A stretch of 37,405 nt of DNA from a virus: the IMG/VR virus record IMGVR_UViG_3300027971_000007; one strand, 5' to 3'. This document shows positions 13,292-22,140 of the stretch, piece by piece. Positions within the stretch are counted from its first letter, which is position 1, and each line of letters begins with the position of its first letter. The position numbers and the translations under genes were made by a program. Below the pieces are notes generated by a model, which made no database searches, had not been told where the DNA came from, and saw nothing but the letters and a program-made list of their open reading frames with translations.

Positions 13292-14033
13292 AATACTGCT
13301 ACTAGATATTGAGACCAGTCCTAATACGGCTCATGTGTGGGGTATATGGGATCAGAACATTGGGTTAAACCAACTACTTGAATCTTCTTATACTTTATGC
13401 TATGCTGCTAAATGGCTAGGTAAGAAAGAAGTTATATTTGACTCTGTGAATAAGTCGTCACAAAAGAAGATGCTACAAGGTATCCATAAACTTCTAGACG
13501 AGGCTGATGCAGTCATTCACTATAATGGTGCTAGGTTTGACATACCAACACTTAATAAGGATTTTATTCTTAATGGACTGACACCACCTGCTCCGTTTAA
13601 ACAGATTGACTTACTACAAGTGGCTAAGAGACAGTTTAGATTTGTATCTAACAAACTTGACTATGTTTCTCAAGCCTTAGGACTTGGTAAGAAAACTGCA
13701 CACGAGGGACACGAGTTGTGGATTAAATGTATGAACAAAGACCCACAAGCTTGGAAGACAATGGAGAAGTATAATAAGAATGATGTTATACTCTTAGAGA
13801 ATATCTATCAACGCTTTAAACCTTGGATTAAGAATCACTTGAATTTATCTGTCTTATCTGAAGATGGTTTAGTCTGCCCTAATTGTGGTGGAAAACATCA
13901 TCAGAAGAGAGGGTATGCACTTACTTCTACTGCTAAGTATCAACGCTTACAGTGTCAAGGATGTGGTAATTGGTTTAGAGGTACTAAGAACCTTAGCAAA
14001 AAAACAGGAGAAAGATATGTCAACATCGCTTAA
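13281..14033 (+). CDS. RNase-H-fold (DEDD-type) exonuclease with C-terminal zinc ribbon
   Basis: ILLLDIETSPN (ExoI-like DxE), HYNGARFDIPTL, NKNDVILL, and a C-terminal CPNCGG...CQGCGNWF. The ATG at 13281 has GGAG 9 nt upstream. Confidence 0.6.
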   Translation: MTSKILLLDIETSPNTAHVWGIWDQNIGLNQLLESSYTLCYAAKWLGKKEVIFDSVNKSSQKKMLQGIHKLLDEADAVIHYNGARFDIPTLNKDFILNGLTPPAPFKQIDLLQVAKRQFRFVSNKLDYVSQALGLGKKTAHEGHELWIKCMNKDPQAWKTMEKYNKNDVILLENIYQRFKPWIKNHLNLSVLSEDGLVCPNCGGKHHQKRGYALTSTAKYQRLQCQGCGNWFRGTKNLSKKTGERYVNIA

Positions 14034-14223
14034 AAAACAAGTAGGAGGTAGTCACTATAGGCAGTTTCCAATACAACCAATTGAATTTATAGTTAAAAAT
14101 AATCTTCCCTTTATTGAGGGAAACATAATTAAGTACATCTGTAGGTGGCAAGATAAAGGTGGCATAGAGGATCTTGATAAAGTAATACACTATGCAGAGT
14201 TGCTTAAAGAATTGAAAACATGA
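14017..14223 (+). CDS. DUF3310-like protein
   Basis: GGSHYRQFPIQPIEFI...GNIIKYICRWQDKGG...DLDKVIHYAELL fits the DUF3310 pattern (HY...IE.I.....GN.IKY..R...K...DL.KA.HY). The ATG at 14017 follows CAGGAG. Confidence 0.65.
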   Translation: MSTSLKKQVGGSHYRQFPIQPIEFIVKNNLPFIEGNIIKYICRWQDKGGIEDLDKVIHYAELLKELKT

Positions 14224-14399
14224 TAACATTAACAGAATTAGAAGAAAAGATTATTGAACAAGTTTCAGAAGTGGATTTAATTGACCTTCTCGGACTTACT
14301 ACTGAGGATTTAGTCTATGCGTTCCAAGACAAAATTGAAGATAGGTTTGACAAGTTGGTCAGTGAATTGGAACTTGGAAATAGTACTTCCTCCGATTAA
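14220..14399 (+). CDS. Small acidic hypothetical protein (59 aa)
   Basis: MITLTELEEKIIEQVSEVDLIDLLGLTTEDLVYAFQDKIEDRFDKLVSELELGNSTSSD*. ATGA overlap with the upstream stop. Below the ORF-track cutoff. Confidence 0.45.
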   Translation: MITLTELEEKIIEQVSEVDLIDLLGLTTEDLVYAFQDKIEDRFDKLVSELELGNSTSSD

Positions 14400-14430
14400 T
14401 TTATATAACTACGCTATAAGAAAGAAACTA

Positions 14431-16281
14431 ATGGACAAAAGTCAAAAGATTTTAAGTGACATAACTATATTTAATAAATATGCTAAGTATGTCCCTGAAG
14501 CACAACGAAGAGAAACATGGGAAGAGTTAGTCAGTCGTAACATGGTAATGCACATGAAGAAATACCCACAACTGAAAGAGGAAATTAAAGATGTTTACAA
14601 ATATGTTTACAATCGTCAAGTATTGCCTTCAATGCGTAGCCTTCAATTTGGAGGTACTCCTATTGAACTTAGCAATAATCGTATGTTCAATTGTGCTTAT
14701 TCCCCTGTCGATCATCCTGCCGTTTTCAGCGAGACCATGTTTAACTTACTTGGCGGAAGTGGCGTGGGCTTCAGCGTTCAACGCAGACACACAGATAGAC
14801 TTCCTACTATCCTTGGTCCATCCGCTAAACAACGACGATTCTTGGTAGGAGATTCTATTGAGGGTTGGGCTGATGCTGTTAAAGTAATTATTAAAGCCTA
14901 TACGCTTGGTAAATCTGAACCAATGTTTGACTTTAGAGATATTAGACCTAAGGGTGCTAGACTCATTACCTCAGGTGGCAAAGCCCCTGGTCCTGACCCA
15001 TTACGAATATGTTTAGATAAGCTCCGTAGTGTTCTTAACAATGCTGTTGGTCGTAAGTTAGAGCCTATTGAAGTACATGACATGATCTGCCATATTGCTG
15101 ATGCTGTGCTATCAGGAGGTATTCGTAGAGCTGCCCTAATCTCTTTATTTGATAAAGATGATATGGATATGATGTCAGCTAAGACTGGTACATGGTATGA
15201 ACTTAACCCACAACGAGGTAGAGCTAACAATTCAGTAGCTTTAAATCGTGATGAGATTACAGAAGAAGAGTGGTTTGCTATTTGGAGACGAGTAGAACAA
15301 TCAGGTGCAGGTGAACCTGGGGTGTTTTGGACTAACAACTATGATGTGGGTACTAACCCATGTGCTGAGATTAGTTTAAGACCTAACTCTTATTGTAACT
15401 TAGTTGAGGTTAATGTATCAGATGTAACTACACAAGAAGAACTTAATGATCGTGTTAAAGCTGCTACATTCATTGGTACATTACAAGCTGGGTACACTGA
15501 CTTCCATTACCTAAGAAGTGTATGGAAAGAAACTTCAGAAGAAGATGCACTACTTGGTGTTTCTATGACTGGTATTGCTTCAGGTGGTGTTCTTAAACTT
15601 AACTTAGCAGAGGCTGCCAATGTTACTAAGGAAGAAAATAAACGAGTGGCTAATCTCATTGGCATCAATGAATCTGCCCGAATCACTACAGTTAAGCCTG
15701 CTGGCACTACTTCTCTTGTTCTAGGAAGCAGTAGTGGTATCCATGCTTGGCATAATGATTACTATGTTCGTAGAATGCGTGTAGGTAAGAATGAGCCATT
15801 ATATAGATATATGACTACTACAGTGCCTAGTCTAATAGAAGACTGTGTATGGAAGCCCCACTTAGAAGCTGTGATGAGTTTCCCTCAGAAAGCTCCTGAA
15901 GGTTCTATCCTTCGCACTGAAAGCTATAAAGACATCTTAGAAAGAGTTAAACGCTTTAATATAGAGTGGGTAGCTAATGGTAATAATAGAGGTGATAATC
16001 AACATAATGTATCATGTACTATCTCTCTAAAGAATGATGAGTGGGATGAGTGTGGTAAGTGGATGTGGGAGAATCGTTATAACTATACTGGTATCTCTGT
16101 ACTGCCTTACGATGGAGGAACTTATGTTCAAGCTCCATTTGAAGACTGTACTAAAGAAACCTTTGAGGAAATGTTTAAACATCTTCAAGAGATAGACTTA
16201 ACGAAAGTAATTGAAACTGACGACCATACGGAAGCCAAAGATAATGTTGCTTGTGGTGGTGGTGCTTGTGAAATTAACTAG
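14431..16281 (+). CDS. nrdJ: Ribonucleotide reductase, class II-like (NrdJ-type)
   Basis: Active-site loop GTNPCAEISL (an NPC-type Cys loop rather than the class I NLC type), a C-terminal redox Cys pair ACGGGACEIN, and about 615 aa. No nrdB-like gene is present in the genome. The start is set at MDKSQKIL because the region upstream is occupied by the small ORF. Confidence 0.75.
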   Translation: MDKSQKILSDITIFNKYAKYVPEAQRRETWEELVSRNMVMHMKKYPQLKEEIKDVYKYVYNRQVLPSMRSLQFGGTPIELSNNRMFNCAYSPVDHPAVFSETMFNLLGGSGVGFSVQRRHTDRLPTILGPSAKQRRFLVGDSIEGWADAVKVIIKAYTLGKSEPMFDFRDIRPKGARLITSGGKAPGPDPLRICLDKLRSVLNNAVGRKLEPIEVHDMICHIADAVLSGGIRRAALISLFDKDDMDMMSAKTGTWYELNPQRGRANNSVALNRDEITEEEWFAIWRRVEQSGAGEPGVFWTNNYDVGTNPCAEISLRPNSYCNLVEVNVSDVTTQEELNDRVKAATFIGTLQAGYTDFHYLRSVWKETSEEDALLGVSMTGIASGGVLKLNLAEAANVTKEENKRVANLIGINESARITTVKPAGTTSLVLGSSSGIHAWHNDYYVRRMRVGKNEPLYRYMTTTVPSLIEDCVWKPHLEAVMSFPQKAPEGSILRTESYKDILERVKRFNIEWVANGNNRGDNQHNVSCTISLKNDEWDECGKWMWENRYNYTGISVLPYDGGTYVQAPFEDCTKETFEEMFKHLQEIDLTKVIETDDHTEAKDNVACGGGACEIN

Positions 16282-16289
16282 GAGAGAGA

Positions 16290-16445
16290 ATGTTTTATTT
16301 CGGATCAGAACTAATCAGTGGAGTTAATGTAGGCATTGAACACATGAGTTATAAACAGATTGGCAGGAAAGGTAAAGGATGGATACTCTTGCTTGATCTT
16401 CTAATCATTCGATTAATGATTGAATGGGATGAAGAAGGAAATTAA
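16290..16445 (+). CDS. Hypothetical small protein (51 aa)
   Basis: MFYFGSELISGVNVGIEHMSYKQIGRKGKGWILLLDLLIIRLMIEWDEEGN*. A strong AGGAGAGAG SD is present. Last gene of the plus arm. Confidence 0.5.
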   Translation: MFYFGSELISGVNVGIEHMSYKQIGRKGKGWILLLDLLIIRLMIEWDEEGN

Positions 16446-16447
16446 AA

Positions 16448-16474
16448 TAAAGGGGCTTAAGTGCCCCTTTTTTA
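16448..16474. terminator. Bidirectional intrinsic terminator where the two arms converge
   Basis: AAAGGGGC-TTAAGT-GCCCCTTTTTT: the stem is flanked by an A-run and a T-run. It sits between the last plus-strand gene and the stop of the minus-strand gene at 16475. Confidence 0.85.
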
Positions 16475-18277
16475 TTATAGAGGCATTACTGGAGCTACTT
16501 TTAATTTATTTTGTTGAGTAGTTGCTAACCCTGAACTTATACCACTGACAATAGCATCTTTAAGAGCTACACCAGTTAAAGCACCAGCTTTAGCAAAAGG
16601 ACTCTTAGCTAAGTTAATACCTTTTTTAATAGCATTAATTTCATCCATTGGAACTATTTTAGTCTTAATAAGAATTGGTTCTAAACGATTAAACTCTTCA
16701 ATAAGTTTATTATCAGGAAGAGTTTTAAAATAACTACCTATAGCAATCTTAAAGTCTTGAGTTCCACTTTCGCTTCTTTTAATATTAAACATAGCTCTTT
16801 CAGATACATCAGTAGGAAACCCACCTTTAATTAATGTAGGAATACTATCACGAGCTTCTGCTGTATATCTATCTGCTTCAACTTTCTTTAAAGTAGAGTA
16901 TAATGGCTTATTAGTATAAGTCATAAAATAGTTATCTAAATGCTTAGTTAAAAGTTCTTGTGCTCTTTCTCCAAGAGGTATTTTAGAATATGGTCCCTTA
17001 GATTGTTGAGCAATATTTAATAAATCAGAACTAAATCTTGTAGCATCTTCTGCTAAATCTGTAGATTGTGATGAAACAAATTTACGAAGATCTACATACT
17101 CTTGACGAGTAACAGATTTATTATCAACTGCTTTTTTTAATTCAAGAAGTAAATCATCTTTTTCTTTACTCTTATAAAAACCAACACCTGCTTTATAATA
17201 ATCATCTACTTCTTTTTTAAGTGTATTACGAACAGCATCAGAAGCAAGTTGATCTTTTTCTACTTGAATACCCATATCACTTAAATATTTTCTATTAGCT
17301 TGTTCAGTACCAATTCTAAATGTATTAGTAGAAGTACCACCTTTAAGTGTTTGAGGACCAAAAGCTATGTTTTTAAGCCATGTCTCAGCTTCCGTAGCAC
17401 CACCTGTAACTGTTTTTAAAGCTCCAGTTATCTTAGATACTCCAGGAATAAAGTTAAGCACTGCAGGGGCTCTTTTAGCAGCTTCTATACCTACTGATAA
17501 ACCTCCACTAGCTACTAATTCAACTCCAAGAGCTTCTAAGTCTGTCTCAGCATTTTGAGGTTGACCTACTTTATAAGATTCACCTGCATACGCACCAAAT
17601 CCTGAAGTAACACCACCACCAAAAGCTCTTTTAAGGACATTACCAATAACATCTACACCAATTCTACCAGCTCTTAACTCAGGAGCTAAGATAGTTGTAA
17701 GACCAGCACCAATCTCTGTAGCTAAAGCAATTTTATCAGGATCAATTTCACCATAAGTAGAAAGTTTAAATTTATCAGCATCAGAAGCAGTATAACCACC
17801 TGGTTTAGTTTGGGTAGGTTGCTCTGTTTGAGCAGGTTCTGTAGGAGTTACATTAACTGTAGGAGTATATAAATCACCTAATTTAGATACATAATTAATT
17901 GTTTCTATAGGAAGAATAGATGTGTCTTTAGATACAGCAAATTTATCTGCAACACCTGGACCAGCATTATAAGCAATAGCAGTAAGATATGGATCTTTAT
18001 ATTTATCAAAATTCTGCTTAATATACCTAACACCACCAGTAATATTTTGATCTACATCATTAGGATCAACATTAAGGTCTTTAGCAGTTTCAGGCATTAA
18101 TTGCATAACACCAATAGCACCAGCAGGAGAAGTTTTTTTATGACTAAAATCATTTTCAATACTAGCAAAACTTAAAGCAAGGCTAGGATCAACTCCTTGT
18201 TTCTCAGCTTCCATAGCTACTTTTTCAGCTATGTTAAGCTGATCTAAAGTTAATTTAGACCAATCAATTGCAGCCAT
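16475..18277 (-). CDS. Internal virion protein with N-terminal lytic transglycosylase (SLT) domain (T7 gp16-like role)
   Basis: ASIENDFS (catalytic Glu), AIGVMQLMPETA and AIAYNAGPG are SLT motifs. 600 aa, last gene of the virion arm. Confidence 0.75.
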   Translation of the reverse strand: MAAIDWSKLTLDQLNIAEKVAMEAEKQGVDPSLALSFASIENDFSHKKTSPAGAIGVMQLMPETAKDLNVDPNDVDQNITGGVRYIKQNFDKYKDPYLTAIAYNAGPGVADKFAVSKDTSILPIETINYVSKLGDLYTPTVNVTPTEPAQTEQPTQTKPGGYTASDADKFKLSTYGEIDPDKIALATEIGAGLTTILAPELRAGRIGVDVIGNVLKRAFGGGVTSGFGAYAGESYKVGQPQNAETDLEALGVELVASGGLSVGIEAAKRAPAVLNFIPGVSKITGALKTVTGGATEAETWLKNIAFGPQTLKGGTSTNTFRIGTEQANRKYLSDMGIQVEKDQLASDAVRNTLKKEVDDYYKAGVGFYKSKEKDDLLLELKKAVDNKSVTRQEYVDLRKFVSSQSTDLAEDATRFSSDLLNIAQQSKGPYSKIPLGERAQELLTKHLDNYFMTYTNKPLYSTLKKVEADRYTAEARDSIPTLIKGGFPTDVSERAMFNIKRSESGTQDFKIAIGSYFKTLPDNKLIEEFNRLEPILIKTKIVPMDEINAIKKGINLAKSPFAKAGALTGVALKDAIVSGISSGLATTQQNKLKVAPVMPL

Positions 18278-19617
18278 TATAAACCTTCCTTGTTCTTTTT
18301 AGCACCTCTAATAATACTTAAAATATCTGTTCCATCAGAAGGGGCAGTTGTAGGAGCACCTTCTTTAGGAGGGGTAGCTAAAGACTCTTTAGGAGCAGGA
18401 GTTAAGTTAGCTTGTTTACCTTGAGCAGCTTTAAGTTCATCATCAAGAGCATTAATTAATCTTGTATAATGGTCATTAACAGCTTTTAAGTTAGCAATAA
18501 GTTTTGGACCACCTAAACCTGGTTCAAGAGATGCTAAAGATGATTGTAAGAAGTCAAGCTCTTTTACAGCTACTTGACCTAATGCACCACCTGTAGGGGA
18601 CTCTAAACGCATTTTACTAAGTTCATCAAAACCAATTCTAGCTTTAAGTGTTTTAATAGAGTCCTCAGTAAGTGCATAAGCTGTGCTTCCTGGATAAATA
18701 CCAAGTACTTTACCAACAACTCCTGTAGCACCTTTTTCACCTGCTTGACCTATAGCTTTATTAATAACACTTTGAGTCTCTGCTAAAGTACCTTTACGAG
18801 AAGATATTAAATTAATACCATTATCTAATTTAACTTTACGCTTTTCATATTCAATAGATCCTGGTAATGGTTTAACAACTGTATTACCCTTATCATCAAT
18901 TTCAGTAGAATAAGAACCTTGATTAGTTACTTTACCTAATAGCATTCCATATACTTGTTTAGCTTTAGCTTTATCAGGTGCAGTAGCATTAGGATCAGTA
19001 AGTATAGATACAGCTTGAGAGAATTGAGCATCACTAGATAGTTTACTTGCAATTTCATTATTAACTTCTTGAGTAGCTCTTGCAAGTTTATCTATAAGTA
19101 CTTTATTTGTAGGATCAGCAGTTAATTCTTTTCTAACTTCATCAAGATATTCTTCTTTAATTTGTAAAGGAGATTTCTTTTCTTTGTTAGCTTTAATAAC
19201 TTCAGCCTTAGCTTGTTCATTAAGTTTATTAATCTCAGCCTGTTGTTTTTCCCAATCACTCATTTTATCATAACCTTCCATCATGACTTTAGAAGCCATT
19301 TCAGAAAGACCAGCATCAGAGAATCCTTTAGCTAGTGCAGGGTAAAGTTTAGTTGGGTCTTTAATATCAGAGCCTAAATCATTTTGTACCTTTTGTATTG
19401 TAGCATAAACATCTGTAGCTTGTTTAACTGCAGGGTCTTCTAAACCAAATAGTTTATTAGCTCCTCTAGCAAGAGCAGTGCCAATAGCAGCACCTGTAGC
19501 CCCTTTAGCACCAAAAGTCTGTCCTGCTTGTTGTATAGTTCTATTTTCTTCAGCTCTTTTTAGAGTCATTAACTCTTGTGGAGTTGGTCCAAATAAACTA
19601 GGTACGATTCCAGCCAT
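18277..19617 (-). CDS. Putative internal virion protein
   Basis: 446 aa, Ala/Lys/Glu-rich with a coiled-coil character. ATGA-type coupling to the SLT protein. Positional call. Confidence 0.4.
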   Translation of the reverse strand: MAGIVPSLFGPTPQELMTLKRAEENRTIQQAGQTFGAKGATGAAIGTALARGANKLFGLEDPAVKQATDVYATIQKVQNDLGSDIKDPTKLYPALAKGFSDAGLSEMASKVMMEGYDKMSDWEKQQAEINKLNEQAKAEVIKANKEKKSPLQIKEEYLDEVRKELTADPTNKVLIDKLARATQEVNNEIASKLSSDAQFSQAVSILTDPNATAPDKAKAKQVYGMLLGKVTNQGSYSTEIDDKGNTVVKPLPGSIEYEKRKVKLDNGINLISSRKGTLAETQSVINKAIGQAGEKGATGVVGKVLGIYPGSTAYALTEDSIKTLKARIGFDELSKMRLESPTGGALGQVAVKELDFLQSSLASLEPGLGGPKLIANLKAVNDHYTRLINALDDELKAAQGKQANLTPAPKESLATPPKEGAPTTAPSDGTDILSIIRGAKKNKEGL

Positions 19618-19626
19618 AATTATTCC

Positions 19627-20487
19627 TTAAAATATACTATGAGTATAAGCACCACCACTAGAAGCAGCAGGAGCAGAACTAAATAAACTACTAAAACCTT
19701 TAGATGCACTAGCAAATGGGTTAAGAGCATTGACACCAGCACTAATAAGTCCACCCCAAAACCCTGCATCACTTGCATTTTGTTGAGCTTGGTATTGAGC
19801 ATTTTGTTGATTAACACCAGTAACATATTGACCACCTTGTAATGATGGGGCAATTAATGGGTTATTAATCTGACCTAGTTGTACACCAGTACCAAATAAT
19901 GATGTAGGAAGGGCATATCCTGCTGTTTTAAGCTCATTACCTAAACCAATAAAGCCTAGACCACCTTTTAATTGTTCTTGTTGAATTTGTCTTGCTCTAT
20001 CTTCAGCTGTTAAATAGATACCAGCATTAGCTTGTTCCCTTGCTTTTAATAAAGCAAATTGTTCAGGGTTTACATAACCACCTTGAACACCTGCACCTGC
20101 ACCAGTACGACCTTGTGAGAATAGAGTATTAGCTAATGTAGAGTTTTCTGCCTGTCTTTTTGGATCTAATCCAGCTAACACTTGGTTATAATAGTCAGAT
20201 GTCATCTTACCAGTATCTAGATTAGCAGCTTGTCCAAACATACTTTGACCATACTGCCCTACTTGATTAGCAAACTGCTGTGATTGAGCTGTAGGCATAT
20301 TAGCCATAGCTGATTTAAGGTAGAAGTCATAGAATTGTTGTAGTTCAGGAGATAGGGAAGTAGTAACTGATCCACCAGGACCACCTACTGCACTACCTGT
20401 AGTTGAATACATATTGGATGCTTGATAAGGTGCTATCTGTGGAGCATCCTGTCCAGTAAATCCAAGTGCATCTGAAATAAAACTCAT
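19627..20487 (-). CDS. Putative internal virion protein (Gln/Gly/Ala-rich)
   Basis: 286 aa of low-complexity Q/G/A/S-rich sequence, in the internal-protein block. Confidence 0.4.
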   Translation of the reverse strand: MSFISDALGFTGQDAPQIAPYQASNMYSTTGSAVGGPGGSVTTSLSPELQQFYDFYLKSAMANMPTAQSQQFANQVGQYGQSMFGQAANLDTGKMTSDYYNQVLAGLDPKRQAENSTLANTLFSQGRTGAGAGVQGGYVNPEQFALLKAREQANAGIYLTAEDRARQIQQEQLKGGLGFIGLGNELKTAGYALPTSLFGTGVQLGQINNPLIAPSLQGGQYVTGVNQQNAQYQAQQNASDAGFWGGLISAGVNALNPFASASKGFSSLFSSAPAASSGGAYTHSIF

Positions 20488-20488
20488 A

Positions 20489-20848
20489 TTAAACCTCTGT
20501 CTTTATAAAATTAATAATATTCTCATTCCTGCTTACTTCCTTAAACCCAAGTCTTTCTACAAACTCTTTTGTCTCAGGAAAAGTAGATGTTTCAACTTTT
20601 CCATATTTTAGCACTATATTCTTAACCAATCTCTTATACATCTTCATTGGAAACCACTTGCCTTTGTATTCAGGAAGACATCCACAATGTATTCTATTAC
20701 CTTTTACTACGAATAAAGCCACTGTATCATTATTACGATAGACTGGGTAATATTCCCAAGTCAATGCTTCTTCTAAGAACTTCCTTTTACCTTCTTTAGG
20801 ACTTCCATATATTTTATATAGAAGGTTAGCATATTCTACTTTAACCAT
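20489..20848 (-). CDS. Hypothetical protein with a weak GNAT-like C-terminal pattern
   Basis: GNRIHCGCLPEYKGKW...VKNIVLKYG...EFVERLGFKEV resembles the acetyl-CoA-binding half of small GNAT proteins. The resemblance is weak and by eye only. Confidence 0.25.
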   Translation of the reverse strand: MVKVEYANLLYKIYGSPKEGKRKFLEEALTWEYYPVYRNNDTVALFVVKGNRIHCGCLPEYKGKWFPMKMYKRLVKNIVLKYGKVETSTFPETKEFVERLGFKEVSRNENIINFIKTEV

Positions 20849-20951
20849 TAGCTATTTGTTGTTGATCTAAAGTTACTTGGTCTAGTTCTTCTTGTGTTAA
20901 AGGTCTTACTAATACTTCACCTGTCTGTACATCTATAATCATTGTATCCAT
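20841..20951 (-). CDS. Possible small ORF (36 aa)
   Basis: MDTMIIDVQTGEVLVRPLTQEELDQVTLDQQQIANG*. It fills the gap between the fibre gene and the next gene, and its stop overlaps the downstream ATG. Confidence 0.3.
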   Translation of the reverse strand: MDTMIIDVQTGEVLVRPLTQEELDQVTLDQQQIANG

Positions 20952-20958
20952 ATAATTC

Positions 20959-22140
20959 CTATTCGTATAAAATATTAGCTGTACCAGCTGTAAATATACC
21001 TACAAGTTGCAGTTGAGTTAATACACCTGCTAGGGCAATATAACCAGTATTTATATAACTTCTACCATCATCACTAACACCACCAAGTACCCAAGTATTT
21101 CCAGTTATATTAGAAATTGTACAACTGCATGTACTACCTATATTAACAAAATCTGTAGTAGATGAACTTCTACTTGTTTGATTGCCTGATAAAACACCTG
21201 AAGCAATTGAAGTATATCCTGTAGAAACTATTCCACCTGATGTTCCTAATCTAATATTAAAACCAATATTTGCACCAGTTACTAAAAGAGTTATTCTTTT
21301 TACCCAAGAAGGTATATTAGAAACAGTTATATTAGTAGTATTCATTGGAGACACTACAGTGCCCCTTGTAATAGTTAAATTACTTGAAGTCACTGCTCTT
21401 AATGTATCAGTTCTAGCAGATAAATCTGTAGAGGTAGCTAGAGCTACAACACCATATCTTGTAGTGATACAAGTACCAGCAGATGTTACAGAACTACCAT
21501 AAGTAATTGTAAAGCTCCCTGCTGAGGCAGTTACAATAGTAAAGTCACCATTAGTTAAAGCACTACCTGATGAATTAGTAAATTGAATAAAGACAGTTTG
21601 TCCCACTGCAAATGTATTAGTAGCTGTAATTGTAATGGTAGCACTAGAAGTCGCAGCGTAAGAACCTGCTACAACAGTATTAGCTGCTGCATTTAATGGA
21701 CTACCTTGTGTTAAATCAGTTGTTACTGCAATAGTACCTGACTTATCAGGAACTGTAAGAGTTCTAGTTGTTGCTGTAGTGATCCCACTAAGTTGTAGGT
21801 TTAATTTCTTAGTAGCATCTGCATCATCTACTACCTCAAACTTATTATCTTTAAATGTTTGTGTGCCAGTAAAAGTATTATCTGTTGCTAAAAAAGTTGT
21901 ATTTGCTGAAGTTACAAAAGCAGTAGTAGCTACTTGTGTTGTATTAGTACCTGCACTTGCTGTAGGGGCTGTAGGAGTACCACTTAGTGCTGGAGAAGCT
22001 AAATCAGCTTTAGTATTTACAGCAGTTTGTAAAGCATTAAACTCAGTATCAAACTCTGATCCTTTAATAATCTTACCTGAATCTGCCTCAGGTAAAGAAT
22101 CTTTAGCAAGAAAGTTAGTGGTTTTGGTATAGTTAGACAT
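20959..22140 (-). CDS. Tail fibre protein
   Basis: The N-terminus ...NFLAKDSLPEADSGKIIKGSEFDTEFNALQTAVNTKADLASPALSGTPTAPTA...TQVATTAFV is the common phage tail-fibre N-terminal motif. The rest is Thr/Ser/Gly-rich. Confidence 0.7.
   Translation of the reverse strand: MSNYTKTTNFLAKDSLPEADSGKIIKGSEFDTEFNALQTAVNTKADLASPALSGTPTAPTASAGTNTTQVATTAFVTSANTTFLATDNTFTGTQTFKDNKFEVVDDADATKKLNLQLSGITTATTRTLTVPDKSGTIAVTTDLTQGSPLNAAANTVVAGSYAATSSATITITATNTFAVGQTVFIQFTNSSGSALTNGDFTIVTASAGSFTITYGSSVTSAGTCITTRYGVVALATSTDLSARTDTLRAVTSSNLTITRGTVVSPMNTTNITVSNIPSWVKRITLLVTGANIGFNIRLGTSGGIVSTGYTSIASGVLSGNQTSRSSSTTDFVNIGSTCSCTISNITGNTWVLGGVSDDGRSYINTGYIALAGVLTQLQLVGIFTAGTANILYE

Noticed and set aside
14591-15707. ORFs 14591..14848 (+), 14898..15338 (-) and 15507..15707 (-) inside the RNR gene
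   Set aside because: They are shadow ORFs within a gene that has clear RNR motifs. The same reasoning applies to the other nested ORFs in the track (2759, 3363, 3655, 3928, 7440, 7703, 8015, 8032, 8322, 9081, 9109, 9679, 9708, 9940, 10537, 11598, 12124, 12624, 14020, 17367, 21182, 21779, 22975, 25117, 25712, 27493, 27766, 28048, 29721, 29788, 32070, 32523, 32825, 33160, 34273, 36496, 36893).
19620-19853. 77-aa Leu/Val-rich minus-strand ORF
   Set aside because: It is an out-of-frame overlap with the 3' end of the 286-aa ORF (19627..20487), and its composition is a frame artefact.
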